A DNA stretch of 63,962 bases, filler included, from Trypethelium eluteriae (Eukaryota), in assembly GCA_051942245.1 (NCBI GenBank). It is 4 parts of 4 records of this genome, joined end to end, with 100 filler letters (N's around TTAATTAATTAA, not from the genome) between each part and the next. Parts side by side here need not be neighbours in the genome. Positions count along the whole stretch, not along the records: positions 32,322 to 48,284 come from JAVECL010000633.1; positions 48,385 to 63,962 come from JAVECL010000645.1; 2 more parts are not named here. One strand, written 5' to 3'. Made by a program: the position numbers and the translations under genes. Shown piece by piece: positions 37,431-51,300 of this stretch; the first letter of the stretch is position 1; each line of letters starts with the position of its first letter. The notes below the pieces were generated by a model. It saw nothing but the letters and a program-made list of their open reading frames with translations. It did not search any database and was not told the DNA's origin.

Positions 37431-40400
37431 ATGCAATCCGATTCCTATCACAACTACAACCACAACTCCACCGCCTCGCATCCCGGCCGAAATTTGGACG
37501 ACCCAGATGACTTCTACCGTCCCTACCAGGACCTAGCCCAGGGCCTCGACGCTCGCACCCATCACCCTGACATTCTCGTCGCCGACCCTTCCGTAAGGAT
37601 GGCGACGGTAAATCAGTGGAACACACCAGCTGCAGTCCCGACTCGATACAAATCCTCAATACCCTCCCCGCAGTCGTCCTCTCGACCTTCGTATCGTTCC
37701 GCGTCAGGACCAGCGTCAAGTCATGCGGCAAGACTGGGAGGCACAAAGTCGAATCCATCCTTGTCTGTTGCTGGCCGGCGTCAAGGCTCGGTTAAGGAGC
37801 TTGTCAACAACTTCAACCAAGCTGGGTCGTCGAGTGCAAATATTCGAGTACAAAGGTCACGGCAGGCAGGGCCGCGCACTGGTTCCTCGACTACGCCAAC
37901 GTCAAGCGATGCGTTTTCGCCCGTGAGCGATAGCAGTCAAGCACGAAACGCCCACGATATATATTCTCCTGTCTCGACCCCGCAATCTCGACAAAGTGCG
38001 CAATTCTTTGCACGCTCCACGAATGATCTCCCAAGGACGAGTAACCCAAGTCAACATTTCTTCGCTGATGGTACAAGTCAACCTCTTTTTGGGGAAGTCC
38101 TTCCAAGCAACGGTGGCGCGCTAGACCCTGGTTATGGAATACTCGCCTTCGATAGAAGAGAATCCGATGGCGGTCTAGCAGTACCAAGCCCAAAGCTGGG
38201 TCATGGACGTAGCCAATCGAATCAAGAGACATCGCCGTCACTGGGCTCTGGTGGTGCAATGGATGGTTTTTTGCCCAGCACGACATACTCTCCCAATGGA
38301 CACAAGAGATCTCAAAGTGATGCTACCGCCAACAACATACCTCCATACCGTCCCAACCTGACGAATCAAGGTGGCTTGTCAAAAATCTCGAATGCATTGC
38401 AATCAACTGCACCGAGCAACCGTCAACATCGCCCCGCACCAGCATCGAGGATCCCAATTAGTCGGCGAAGGACCAGTCTTACCTCAGATTCCAGCTCATC
38501 CATTCCCTCGTCACGGGCGGGCTCAGCACTCGGGCACACGGCTACGCGTGGCGCTTCTCCGGTAGCTGCTCGAAGTACACCGTCGCGGACTGCCAACCGT
38601 AAAGAATCCGACCAAAGTGGACGCCCCTCAACTCCTCCCACAAAGTTGTCTGTAAAGCGATACGATGCAAGCCCAAACAAAGTGGCGGCCAACAGTCCCA
38701 GCCTCAAGGCCTATATTTCTGCTCCGACGCTAAAGAAGTCTCCTCCGCTTCGGAGCTCGCGTCCAAGACAACCGGTTTCTGCTGCTTCCACCTCTTCATC
38801 TCGGGCAAAAATTTCGGAGAGATTTGGCGCAACCACACGTGGCACCCCCGGCCAGAGAAGGGATCAGTCGAGACCAAAACATCTACGTGATATCGGAGAG
38901 ATCGATTTCGCCGGCAGGCGCGCCAGGATCGAGAAGGCCATGTCGCAGAAGATTGAAGAAGATGACTTGCGAGAAGCTGCAAAACAGGCCGCTGAGAAAG
39001 CGGCCATGCCGGAGAGAAATCCTAGCAAATTGGGCCGACCTGAAATTCTGGAACCACCCCGAATCAACCCCCCCGAAGTGCACGAAACAACGGTTCACGT
39101 TCAAGATGCAATACCTCCTTCTGGACGAGCGGATTCTGATACGATGCCGCAGTTGTCTGTAGCCGTCGATGATCTTTCTAAGGCCCAGTCTGACGAACCC
39201 ACGACGGGAGCCACAGAGTTTGAGACGGATGATTCTCCAATTCTTGGACTCCCAGGCGCATTTCCAGAGCCCGACCGGAAGACGTCCCCTCCACCTCAAA
39301 TACAATTCTCCCATCCTCCTTCTGGAGAGTCTCCTTTCTCGGCGTCTTTTGACCACGACTTTAAAGCCACCGACAATGCTCCAGCAGTTTCGGACGGACA
39401 ACCTTCAGCATCGAAAGTTGAATCTCGATTCCTACATGGGAACTATGGAATGAATGGTGGTATATCGGGCGAACCTGGTAGTTTCCTCGGTAATGACTCA
39501 GAGTCAATCAGGGTTATGCTTGGGGCGACTCCCGCTTTAGAACGAAACGACGCAGTCTTTGCAGATTCTGGGTATAGACATAGTCAGAATAACGATCTCG
39601 GACCGAACTCTGGGACGTCTTCGATCCAGGGTGTATCTTTTCTCGATGATGACCGGCATCATTCTGGCGACAGCGTCACTGACCTTGAATCGCTACATCC
39701 AAGCGATTCTGCCAGTATCGCGTTTCGCAATGACAGCAACTCACATCATTCTACATCGCGGCCAAATTCACGTCGCATGACCCTCGATGCTGAATCAGTC
39801 GGTACAATCAACAGGTTGCTGGGTCAATTCTATGACTCAGGTCATGCCACACCTGGCTTTCTAAAAGAATTTCAACGTGAAGTTGCAAAGGCGTCTCCAG
39901 ACTTGGCTCGCAAGCTAGATTCCGAGCCAGAGCAAGCGATCCAGGTTTTCTTCGAGGGCCTTTTCCAAGAAGCAAATGCCAATTCCGGAGAACTCCTGAA
40001 TTTCGGAGAGTCGCTTAAAGATTCTAGTGAATTTGACCGTGCCACTCCACCTGACACCGATGACGCAGAGTCAATGAATGAGCCGCCCGGAACCGCAATC
40101 ATATATCCTACAACAAGCCGCTACAGTGGCGAAGTATTTCCCTCATCATCTGTACCAGAATTGCAAGCAAACCTTGGCGTGGATGCTCATAGTGGAGACT
40201 ACAGACCACCACCACCACCAAAGGACAGGGGATATTCGCCTTCGCCTCGATCCAACACCTTCCGCATATCGTCACCACCATACATAGCCGGACAACATCG
40301 CGACAGTACGGCATTAGATGCACCTGGACAGGATCACCGGGCTGCCATTCCCTCGCTGGAGGGAAAGGTTGATGATCTTGGTCTTGCTATCCAAGTCCAG

Positions 40401-43131
40401 CCGCCACCACAAGACTCACCCACCATTCCCGATACACTGCCGCCTTTACCTGCTCATCAACCACCTCCGCCTCCTTTGGTCCCGCCTGCTACGACCGATT
40501 ATCACTTCGACCCCAGTGACAGAGACTCGCCAATATCACACAACGTTCACAACGTGAGCATTCTTCCCGACGCACTCGCGCATTCATTTGCTCCATCGCC
40601 GGGTCCTGTCGAATTGAGTGCTGAAAGTAAGCCTGGCGAGGGCGGAATGCCCAGCAGCGCTCAAGGATCGCCAACACGAGATTCGGTTGATCGTCAAGCC
40701 GGTTCAACAGCAGACAAAAACACCTCCCCGACTCCTGACCAGCAAAGATTGAAGCAGCGACTACATGTTATCCAAGAAATTGTTACGACCGAGAATACGT
40801 ACTGTCGTGATATGACCATCGTTGAGGACATCTACAAAGCTACTGCCTCTGCTTGCAAGGACCTTGGTAACGAGGATATTAAAGGGATCTTCGGTAACTC
40901 TGACAAAGTCTTGGCGTTCACGGAAGACTTTCGAAAGGCACTGCGAGCCGCTGTCAAGCCGGTCTACAGTCCACCAAAGGACAACCGGTGGAGGACGAAA
41001 CGTGCAAGTCTTGCTACGTCCAACAGCAAAAGCACCGATCAGTCTACTTTGCAGGGAGTAGAAATGCTTGACGATGAGTGTGACCGAAGAACCCGCATTG
41101 GATGTGTTTTCAATGAGCATTTGCCTAGGATGGAGAAGGTATATCAGGATTACGTCTTGAATTACTTCTATGTCGATGACCGATTAAAGAAACTCGAGGC
41201 TCGTCCTGGAGTTTCCATTTGGCTAACGCAGTGTCATGAATATGCACGAGACATAACAGATGCATGGAACTTGCCGACGTTACTGATCAAACCTTCGCAA
41301 AGGTTGTTGAAGTATCCCTTGCTATTGACTGAACTCCTCAAGGTCACCCCCTCAGATCATCCTGATCACGACGAATTGAAACAGGCGCTCGAGAATGTGA
41401 AGAAGGCGTGTGACAGAGTTGACGCGGCCAAGGAGAGATCTATCCTCATCGATCAAGTAGCGAACCGCAAGCGGAAAGATTCTGATGTCCGCATGGGTCT
41501 GACAAAAGCTTTTGCGCGACGCACTGAAAAGCTCAAACAACAAGTGGGTCTTTCAGACTCAGTCGAGGACTGGGAATACCGCAAGATTGAGCAAAAGTAT
41601 GGTGGCCATGTCCTGTGGGCCGAGTGCGTCAGAAGAGATGCAGATCTTTGGGTGAAAGATCTCTACGGCAGCGTAGAGCGGTATAATGCGCTTGCCGCTG
41701 CGATGGAGTCTATGATCGATGTCTGGCCAACCCAAAACCCTGAGATTGAAAGTAAATGGAGAAAATTTGCTATCGTTGTTCGCGAGATCACGAGCATTGC
41801 TATGCCTGAACATGTAAGTGTACTATACCACTCGAAATGGATGCCTACTGACATTTGATAGATTGCCGCTATTGGCAAAAACGTGTATTCGCCAGTGGAA
41901 CAGCTCAACAAGATTCTCCAGCACGTGTCTAGCCTAATGGAAAAACGGAAGAAACGCATCCTGGACTATGCCAAATATAAGGCTCTTCTGGATCGAGGCG
42001 ACAAGATAGACAAGAAGACGGCTGAATCAGGGAAGCAATGGATAGCATTAAATGATACACTCAAGGATGAGCTGCCAAAACTTTATCCGTTAATCAAAAA
42101 GACGTGTCGTGAATGCGGCTTGAACCTGACACGACTTATGATGGAGTGGCATTTTGTGGTGGAAAGCAAGTTGAAGACAGTCTTGGAGGAACAGCAAATT
42201 CCTAAGGAAATTTCTGAGATTGAGCCAGCCTTCCGAGGGGACCATGATATCATTCAGGCGCAACTCTGGTCCTTGGGCATATGCAATGGCTCCCTTCTCG
42301 CGGATTCTTCGAATTTCTTGTCTCCTACGACAACGATGCGGAGTGGATCCTTGAATGGCGAGGGGTCACCAATGCCGATTCCTGAACTGAGTAGCAAGTT
42401 CCCTGGCGCATCGACCTTTTCACCGTTTCCAGGTGCTCCAGCTACGACACCGAGCGTTGATGGGCAATCTCAGCAGTCGCCACAGTACCGCTATCGGGCG
42501 AATTCAAACGTATCGAGTCGAGGCCCGTCAACTCCTGCTACAGCAGGAAATTCGCGGAATCTCTCGGCTAACACTCTCATGGGTTCCTATTTCCCTCCAA
42601 GACCTTCAACTGCTACGGGACACCACGACTCCGGATCAACCGAAACCTCTCGACAGAGTACTGAGCAAAATAACAGAACACGACCCCAGTCAGGTTCAAA
42701 CTCATTCTCCAGCTCTTCAGGTCCGCGACAACAATCTCAGAGCAACACTCCTGGCATCAGATCATCAGCTGTCTTCTCCTCTGCTATGCCACTACCCGAC
42801 TCTCCAGGCTATCCGCAGCAATACTCGGGGCCAACAGGTGAAGACCCAAAGCCCCAGGATACAGGCGTCCTATTTCTCGCAGCAAGCCTGTTCGAATTTA
42901 ATATCGATCGGGCTCGGAGAGAAGGTGGGTATCCTTATTTGACCTACGTTGCGGGCGAGGTGAGTACTCTAAGCATTCTCCTCACAAAGTAACATCAGTA
43001 CTGACGAGCTCTAGGTCTTTGATGTCATCGGCCAGAAAGGCGAACTCTGGCTTGCCAGAAATCAAGATGATGCCACCCGCCAAGTAGGCTGGATTTGGGA
43101 GAAACACTTCGCCCGACTTCCTCCTCAATGA
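37431..43131 (+). CDS. Dynamin-binding protein/Tuba-like RhoGEF (DH)-BAR-SH3 protein with long disordered N-terminus
   Basis: DH domain RLHVIQEIVTTENTYCRDM...LLIKPSQRLLKYPLLL; BAR-like KRKKRILDY...LNDTLKDELPKL; SH3 LFLAASLFEF...YLTYVAGE|VFDVIGQKGELWLA...GWIWEKHF. Two introns; stop at 43131. Confidence 0.9.
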
Positions 43132-44560
43132 ACGCGAAATGGGGTCCTCGTCTTGGCGTTAATTTTTCCTTTAATCTTCTAGGATGATCTCACGATCGCC
43201 TACTCGTACACGAATTTCACGTCGGTATTTGGATTCCCTCTCGTATTCTCTATACGGCGCTGGAGAGTGATTGACGACATGCTGCGACATGTACCCTGCA
43301 AGATTCCGGAGCGTGGCTTTTAAGCGTGGCGTTTTTCGTTACGGCGGGTAATGTATACGCTTCTAACGTAGACTAGACTTTTCCTTTGTCTTCCATCTAT
43401 GCTTCCGGGGTCGCAAGACAGAAGTCACGGTGGCGAATGGAACTGGCGACGGTGCATCGGACAAACCAAAAGTTTGCATCACCGAGGTACGCGTTGAGGT
43501 TGACACTCTCTTTTCTTTTCTATTGTTGAGCTTTCTTCTCCCTGGACAGGGATCTCGTGCGCTAGTCTCTGCTATTAGTGTCAGCTCTGTGGATTTGATC
43601 TTCCTGTTTCTTAGGAATGTTTCTAGTCTGAGATGTTGCACTGGGCGGCATCTGGAGATGCTTTGTACATCTAGGGATGCTCTTCCTCCGCAGTGGGTAG
43701 GGCGGACTGTAATGTACAATCTCAATTACATGAAGCAAATTTCACTAAGCCCAAGACCCTGCTGCACTAAATATATTGAAGGCTTTCTCACATTACTCCA
43801 CCTTACTTCGATTGCGGATCTAGTCATTTGCTCACGACGGGATTTAGCTATTTCAAGGTCGCTCTTGCCCAGTCGCTTAATCAGCGCGAAGCATCCCTCT
43901 CGCCTCACATGCGATCTTGTGTTACACCACCAAATCCTCATTAAGTTTTAATGGTCCACTTAAACTGCAGATCTCCTAAGCAACATAGCCCTCGCTCACA
44001 AATATTTAAGGTGCGGTAAGAGTCGTTCTGCGTCTTCTCTCCCCAAGCTGATTTGTACAGTCTCTCGCAGTTGAGAAGGGCCAGCTTACCGAGAATCACC
44101 TCATCGCAAGTTGCTTCTAATGCAACTACCTTTCAATCTCTAACCGTTTTCAGCTCAGCTTCAACTTCATCGCTGTTGATCCTAGCGCCAGGACTTGCCT
44201 ATTCCCTGCTTCAGGACTGCTCACTTCGCACAAGCTAGCATATACTACTCTAAGCGACTACCCTTGCTCTCACTCAACCGTGTCTACGACAACAAACGAA
44301 GCGCTTGACTTGAGCCCTCCCTTTTATTCGATTGTTCTGAATCGCCACAAACCGCAGCCTCTCTACCAATCAATTCTCTCAGTTGCCACAAATACATTTC
44401 GAATCAGATCAGCATCCTATCTAAATTCCACTCGAGCTATCTCTTTGACCTAGAGGATAAATCTCGGCAGCAGTTCTACCCTTGTCTCATTTACCTTTAC
44501 CACCTCATTCTATTCAAGGTGACCCAACCGCTTTGGAACCAATAGATTACTTGGTCCACC

Positions 44561-47035
44561 ATGGGAAATATGCAGTCTTCTCAAGTGCTCATCATCATTC
44601 TCTCTTCAGTCACATCATGTCTACTGACTGCAGCTGGTGTTTTCTTTTTCATGCATTCAACCGCCAAGCACGCCAAGTCTGAAGCGCAACCACGCTATAT
44701 TCAAACGTTATTAGGAGCTTTCGAGGCCGGTGACTTTGATTCGCTTTGTGATTTCTCAAGCCTTGGCTTTAAAGCTCTCAAGATGAAGAACGACTACCTC
44801 AAAGCCAAAATGCTTCTTGCCAAGCAAGAGATTCAAGTTCTGAAGCTCAAGTGCCGTCAGTCTTCCGACCTAGGTATCAGACAAGAAGCATCGGACCTCC
44901 TAGGCGATGTAGGGAAAGCAGGCGAACGTAGTGGGCAGGGAGTGCGACAAATCGAGACGCAGAAGCCCCGGTCTTTCTGTGCGGAAGATCTCCTTCGGAT
45001 TGATGAAGAGTTAGAAAGTTGGTCTCAGCCTACGTTGACGCCGACCAAGAGTCATACCCATACTGAGCGGGGTACAATGATCTCCTCACCTTGCGGAGCC
45101 CCTTGCACCGAAGAACCCCAATCTCTGAATAGGAATGGACTACATTCCGAAGTTCCTGGCGAATCTGGAAGGCCTGCTCCAGAATTTAAGTTTGGGGCCT
45201 GTGGATCTCTGGATCGTAATTCAACCCAAGTCTCGAAATGCAAGCACGCAAATGTCTTCGATCAGCGTGAAGTAAATACTATCCCATCCCGGTCAGCAGA
45301 AGATGCAATCCATCAGGGTGGAAAGCATGGCACTCTCTCGGACCAAAACGCCATTAAGCAGTTGGGCGATCACTTCCATGCTCCCTCCATTCCATCAGGA
45401 AACATCCCTGGGACTCACAGGAGTAGGTTTGCACGGGCTGCAACTCTGAGGAAGGTTGATTCTGGGTGGGACGACTCTGAGTCTCCTGAAGAGAGCCAGA
45501 CACCGACTGAGCCGGGATGCATGCGTACTTCTCAATGGGCTACTACACCGCAGCAGCTCGAGGAAAATCCATATACGCCGCTCAAGATTTCAACCCCAGC
45601 ACCGCTTCCAGCATCACAATCTGCGGTTGGCTCAGTCGCCCCCAAGATTCAAGAGTACCATTATTCTCCATATGCATACAAATATCCAATTCATTACATG
45701 CCTCCGCTCAACACTCCTCGAGATGAGCTCCTTCGTACAGTGGTCATCTCAGGCTTGCCCATGGAAACAGATCTCTTAGGGGCGATGGAGAAAGTTCGAG
45801 GCGGTCTTGTGGTCTCTTGCATGCTCCTTAATACGGTCCCGATTACAGGCACGTCGACCGCCATGGTCACCTTCTTCAGGGGAGATGCCGCAAAGAAGTA
45901 TGTCAAATTTGCTAACCAGCATATTGATGAGATTTTCAAGTCCGAAGCGGCCCAGCATGCGAAGGTTGCGGTCTCGCTGGTACCAACACCGACGAACTGC
46001 AATAGCTATATTCAGCGGGGGATTAGGCATGGCGGATGGACCCGACACATGGTCCTCAAAGGTATTGTAGATACCATGAGCCTTGCGATGATCCGATCCA
46101 AATTTGAATCGATTGAACGCACGGGAGAACAAGATGGCGTTTTGAGCATGTGGCGTGAGGCTGATGCCGGTGGACCCCGTATCTCCAACATGGATGTCAA
46201 AGACGGAACAGACTACATTCATATCGTTTTTTCAAGCGTTGAGGCAGGGCAGCGAGCCTACCAGAAAATGAAAGCTGATGATAGGACATTGCTTGGCCGA
46301 TGCAGAGACTGGTGTGATCGGGATCCTTGCGATACTCCCCTTGAGCAGCTAATCGGTGGAAGCTCAGGGACTACTGAGGAGAGTGAGATGGAGGATGGGA
46401 GAACTTTCGTCGAATGTACGCCAAGTTCAGCCGAGGAGCCTCCCCAGGGTGGTAATAGAGCAACCACATCATCTCAGCCGCCAGTTTTCTCCGGCTACGA
46501 TGATGAGGACTATATCCCGGCATCCAGAGCTAAGCGCCACACTGATACAGATCCAAGCTCCGAATTCAGACTTATTAACCAAGAAATCGGAGCTGGACGA
46601 AAAGTCGAGAACCCAAATGCGATCAAATTGAACGATCAACCAGAAGAGGATCAGAGCATCAACCAGGCTGGGGAGGCTGAAATGAATGCGGCTCTCCATG
46701 CTCTATGCGATAAAGCTGAATCGTCTTATACCAATTCTCCGATCGGGAAAGTAAGCCCAGAGTCCAGCGAAGACCTCATGTCCTTTGGCGACGGTGACGA
46801 AGAGAACTCTAAGGACCGTCCGGTTAACCCCATCCGGCCTCAGGATCTCGCGCAAGACGAGCACAGTGATGTCAAGACTTATCCAGTCATTCCAGGCCAC
46901 TACATGCGTACCCAACATCCCATCTCAGTGCCTTTGGATGGTTGGTTTGCCAGCGAAGAGGTACGCAATTTGAATGGGGGATCAGTGGACTTTGAAGGCT
47001 TCCAACCTCATCCAAAGGCGATGGCCACGACATGA
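44561..47035 (+). CDS. Uncharacterised 824-aa protein: N-terminal hydrophobic anchor, coiled coil, two degenerate RRM-like domains
   Basis: Single long ORF. RTVVISGLP...VRGGLVVS...TAMVTFFRGDAAKKY and TRHMVLKG...IHIVFSSVEAGQRAY...DRDPCD resemble RRM folds. Confidence 0.65.
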   Translation: MGNMQSSQVLIIILSSVTSCLLTAAGVFFFMHSTAKHAKSEAQPRYIQTLLGAFEAGDFDSLCDFSSLGFKALKMKNDYLKAKMLLAKQEIQVLKLKCRQSSDLGIRQEASDLLGDVGKAGERSGQGVRQIETQKPRSFCAEDLLRIDEELESWSQPTLTPTKSHTHTERGTMISSPCGAPCTEEPQSLNRNGLHSEVPGESGRPAPEFKFGACGSLDRNSTQVSKCKHANVFDQREVNTIPSRSAEDAIHQGGKHGTLSDQNAIKQLGDHFHAPSIPSGNIPGTHRSRFARAATLRKVDSGWDDSESPEESQTPTEPGCMRTSQWATTPQQLEENPYTPLKISTPAPLPASQSAVGSVAPKIQEYHYSPYAYKYPIHYMPPLNTPRDELLRTVVISGLPMETDLLGAMEKVRGGLVVSCMLLNTVPITGTSTAMVTFFRGDAAKKYVKFANQHIDEIFKSEAAQHAKVAVSLVPTPTNCNSYIQRGIRHGGWTRHMVLKGIVDTMSLAMIRSKFESIERTGEQDGVLSMWREADAGGPRISNMDVKDGTDYIHIVFSSVEAGQRAYQKMKADDRTLLGRCRDWCDRDPCDTPLEQLIGGSSGTTEESEMEDGRTFVECTPSSAEEPPQGGNRATTSSQPPVFSGYDDEDYIPASRAKRHTDTDPSSEFRLINQEIGAGRKVENPNAIKLNDQPEEDQSINQAGEAEMNAALHALCDKAESSYTNSPIGKVSPESSEDLMSFGDGDEENSKDRPVNPIRPQDLAQDEHSDVKTYPVIPGHYMRTQHPISVPLDGWFASEEVRNLNGGSVDFEGFQPHPKAMATT

Positions 47036-48284
47036 GATATGCTTACACGAGCAGCGTGGGCTTTTTCGGCTGCTTTTCCCTCACTGTTTGAATTATCGAA
47101 TCGCGGTTGGCCGGCGACATTGAAATATGCACAGCACTGCGACATCCCCATTTTTCCTGCCAGTCAGAGTTTTTGAGATTTAGCAAGCCTTTACAGTCCT
47201 TGAATGTGGTTGTGTCTTTCTCGGTGATGATTCCATTCTTATGACTTTGGACCTTGCGGAGTTTTGGGGCCTATTGGGCTTACAAATGGGTGGCTCATTT
47301 TGGAAGCATTAGCATCTTGGTAGCCTTCTGAAGTATTGATAATTTTTTTATCCTCACCAATGCAGACAATGAGAGGCTACACAAGTAGAGTGATTATAAT
47401 GGTGGGAATGGCAGGCGTGCGAACCTTGCTGAGTGTCCTGAATACATGTAGGTTGATCGGATTTATGAGAGGAGCAAGTGTTGTGCGTTATCACGACTGT
47501 AAGTTCAATCTAGTCAGGGGAAGAGGTGAGAAAGCCAGTATGTGGAGTTACAAAGAGCAGACAGAGCAAGATGTCACTCTAAGCCTAGCAAAAATCTCCA
47601 GAAATTCCCCTTGCAAAGAATCTGTTGTTAGGTTCAGGAGCGGCATCTGTTGAATTGTAGAGTACGCAGATCTGACCATTTTACACCACCCATTTTCCTG
47701 ACCCGACGTCCAATCTGTTAGGACAAAAGCGTTTGAAGAATTACGCTCACCACCTCACCGCAATCTTTTGAAGCATTTTCCGATTGCTCGGATTTGCTCT
47801 AACATTACGCCCCTCAACCAAGGCGGAGATGACCTATTCCCCCCCGCACAAGACAGGTTGATCCAGCAGTGTCCGAGCATCCTTTTCCCATTTAGAGCAA
47901 ATTCTTCTGCCTCTTCAAATTGAATGCTCTTTGATCCTTCAGCCACCGCCTATAGTCTTTCACACCAGAAATCTTCTCTCCATAGTAATCCGGCACCGGG
48001 TTCTGCACAGACGAATTCGCCGGATCGGCGCGATGCTTCTTTATCCGCGCGAAGAACTCTCGCTCTTTCTGTTATGCATAATCATTCGTCAGCAAATCTC
48101 ATCGTTCACACCTTTACTGCAACGAAAGCCCGGAATAAACAAAAACCAGCCCCACCCAGTTAAATCTCCAGAAATCATAGCACACACACAAGACATGCAT
48201 AAAAAACAAGAAAAGAAGTCCTAGAATAAACTCACCGCCTGAAACTCCCCCGCGCCCCTCCCACCAACCACCAAAACGCGAAAC

Positions 48285-48384
48285 NNNNNNNNNNNNNNNN
48301 NNNNNNNNNNNNNNNNNNNNNNNNNNNNTTAATTAATTAANNNNNNNNNNNNNNNNNNNNNNNNNNNNNNNNNNNNNNNNNNNN
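48285..48384. other. Artificial contig spacer
   Basis: 44 N + TTAATTAATTAA + 44 N. Confidence 0.98.
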
Positions 48385-51300
48385 CCCATCATCTCCCTAG
48401 GCCCCGCCCCCGTCGGCGTCCGCTCCATATCAAAGCGATCACTGAACCGATAATTCTTATGCTGCGTCTCCCAATGGCTCCGCAGCGCATCGAGCTCGCT
48501 CGCCAGACTATCCAGCGCCATACTATTGCGCGTGTTGTCGACCGGCGACGAGCCCTCGCCGTCGCTCCCACCGCCGCCTCCGCCACTGGTGCCCTGCCGC
48601 GGCAGCCCCGCCGTCTCCGTCGTTGCCGTGCTGCTGCTGCTGTACACGCTGTCGCCACCGAGCGAGTCCGCTGCGTGGTGGCCCGGCGCCCAGTGCTGCG
48701 ATGAGGAGCCGGGCTGCCCCGCGTGGCTGGGGCCGCTGTGGGGCGATATGGGCGAGGTGAGGGAGTCGATGGTGGCGGTGCTGACGCCGCGGCGGTGTTG
48801 GTGAGACGGGTGGTGGTGATGCGAGGCGTGGCTGGTGCCGTTGGGGAGCATTTGCTGCGACTGTCGGCGGTAGTTGTCGACGCTGGATTCGACCTGGTCG
48901 AGGAGGAGCTGCACTTTCTGCTCGGCGTCTTGGGCGCGCGCTTCGAGGTGTTGGTTTTCGCGACGGAGGCCGTCGACGTCTTTGGTGTGCTGGTCGGTTG
49001 CTGCTGAGAGCTGGAGCTGGGAGGACCGGTGGGATTCTTGGAGGTCGTCGCGCTCGCGTTGGGCTAGGGCGAGTTGGTCTTGGACGCGCGACATTTGTGC
49101 TTCGAGGCTCGATAGTGATTCCTGGGCGCGGGCTTCCATGTCGCGGAGTTGCTGTTGCAGGCTGGCTCGCTCCTCCTCCAATTGCTTGTTGCCGATATCG
49201 AGGCCACGGGCTGAGCCGCTCTTCTGCGCTGCGAGCTCTTTCTCTAGTTCTGTATTCTGAGACTTGTAGCGCTGCAGTTCTTGCTTCATCTTGCTTAGCA
49301 TCCTCTCCGTTCCGCGTAGGTACTTCACCGCCGCCTGGTGATCATTATCGAGTGCAGCAAGCTTCTCCTCCCATTCTCTGCCCACCTCCTGTTCACGAGC
49401 TTCAAAAGTAGACTTCATGTCCTCGTGTGCTCTCATACTCGCCTCAAGCTGTTGCTCGAGTTCGCGCATGCGGTTCATCTCGGGTGTGCCAAAACGCGTC
49501 ATGGAATTAGGACTGTCAAGACCCCGTGATCGTCGCGAATCAGAAGAATTCATCCCGCGCTCAGCCAGGATCTCACGTAAAGCGCCGTGCTGAACAGCGA
49601 TGGCGTTAGTCTCGAGTTGTTGACTGGCGAGCTGTTGCTGAAGCTCTGCTTTCTGCGCGTGGTGATTCTGGACGTCTTTGAGAGCGGACTGGAGCTGTTT
49701 CCTGATCGACAGACTTTCTCGACTCGTTTGTTCTTGGTATGACTCCAGTCCAGCGATTCGCTCTTCGGCACGACGAAGCTTCTCAGACACTTGATCCGCT
49801 GCTTCTTGGTTTCGCTTAGCCATGTCATTCGCATTGTCAACTTGCTGTCGCAGCAGAGTGACTCGTTCATCTGAAGTCTTCGGAGTATCTTCAACGCTCC
49901 TGCTACTGCGGATATTATTCAGTCCAGCCAGAACAGCTTCTCGATGGGTGCTCGCTTCCAGTGCGTGCTTCTCTGCCATTTCTTCAGCGTCCTGGAGCTT
50001 TCTTCTAGTGCCCTCAAGCTCTGTGGTCTTCTCGTCGTGCTGTGTCCGAAGCTTGGCGAGTGTCTGTTCAATCATATTGCGAGTATTGGTTTCATCCTCT
50101 AGTTTTCGCTCCAGTGCTGCTGCCTTGTCAGTCGACGCGTTAACGGCCTTATGTAGTGAGTCCAAGGTCATTGTATGGGTCTTGAGATCTTCCAAAGTTG
50201 TGTCAAGCCTCGTGGATAGCTCAGTCTTATCGATAGCGAGCATTTTAGACGAGGCCAAGGCCTCGGTAGCATTAGCTGATTCCTGTCTCGCAGCACGCTG
50301 TGCCTCGTGCAGATCACTTCGTAAGCTTTCTACTTCAGACGCGTTATGTTGTCGGTATAGATCGAGCTCGCCCACGCGTTGTTGTGCTGCTGTCGCAGTA
50401 TCCTCCGCAATTTCCCGAGCACGTTTCTCTGCGTCGAGTTCTTGGATTAAACCATCGAGCTTTCGAGAAAGCTCCGTCTGAGCAGCGATGGATGATGCCA
50501 ACCTCCGGTTCATCTCATTCGAGCGGTCACCTTCCGGAGTGCTCATGCCTCGACTGCCATCAGGCTGGGGAGTGCTTGTAACACTTCCGCCGTGGGCTAC
50601 AAGCTTAGCCTTGGCGTATACCGCTTCATTAATGGCATTATCTCTTTGTTTTTCTACCTCCGCAATCTTGCTCGCAGTTTGGCCCGACTGAGTATCGATG
50701 GCACTTTGAATGCGGGATAGTTCGTTTCTCATCTTCAAGAGCGCTTCGACTAGAGGTCTATCATCATCGCCAAAGGCATCCGCGCCTCGATCATCGAGGT
50801 TTTGATTCTCAGACGGTGAGTAGCCCGCCTTTCGCGCTAGCGCCAGCTCTGACGCGTACCATGCATTTTTGTTCCTGACTGCTTCCAATTCCTTGACTAG
50901 TTCGTCATGCTGGTGTGATAAAGCAGGTGATGATCCAACACCACTATCAACTGGAACATTCTTTGATGGACCGTCCATGTCTCGGCTCATTAAGTTTGAC
51001 TGCTCGTCTGTTGAAGGTCTTTGAATACCGAAGTCTTCACTATCTTGGGAAGGCTGCTGTCGTTTCGATCGTGATGAGCTACGAGAGAATTCTCCGGTGG
51101 ATCCTTCGAAACTTTCTTTGGCTTGGCGTGTCGATGTACTACCGTTGGGCTGAAAACGCCCGCTCTGGCCTGGACTCTGTTCACGGGGTTTCGGCTCCTG
51201 TGTCGAAGGTGAGACATTCTCCTTATCATTACCTTGTGGGCGCACACTATCGAGAGAGGAGCCAACTGCGCGCGCAGTGACAGGGGGGGTTTTGCTCCGC

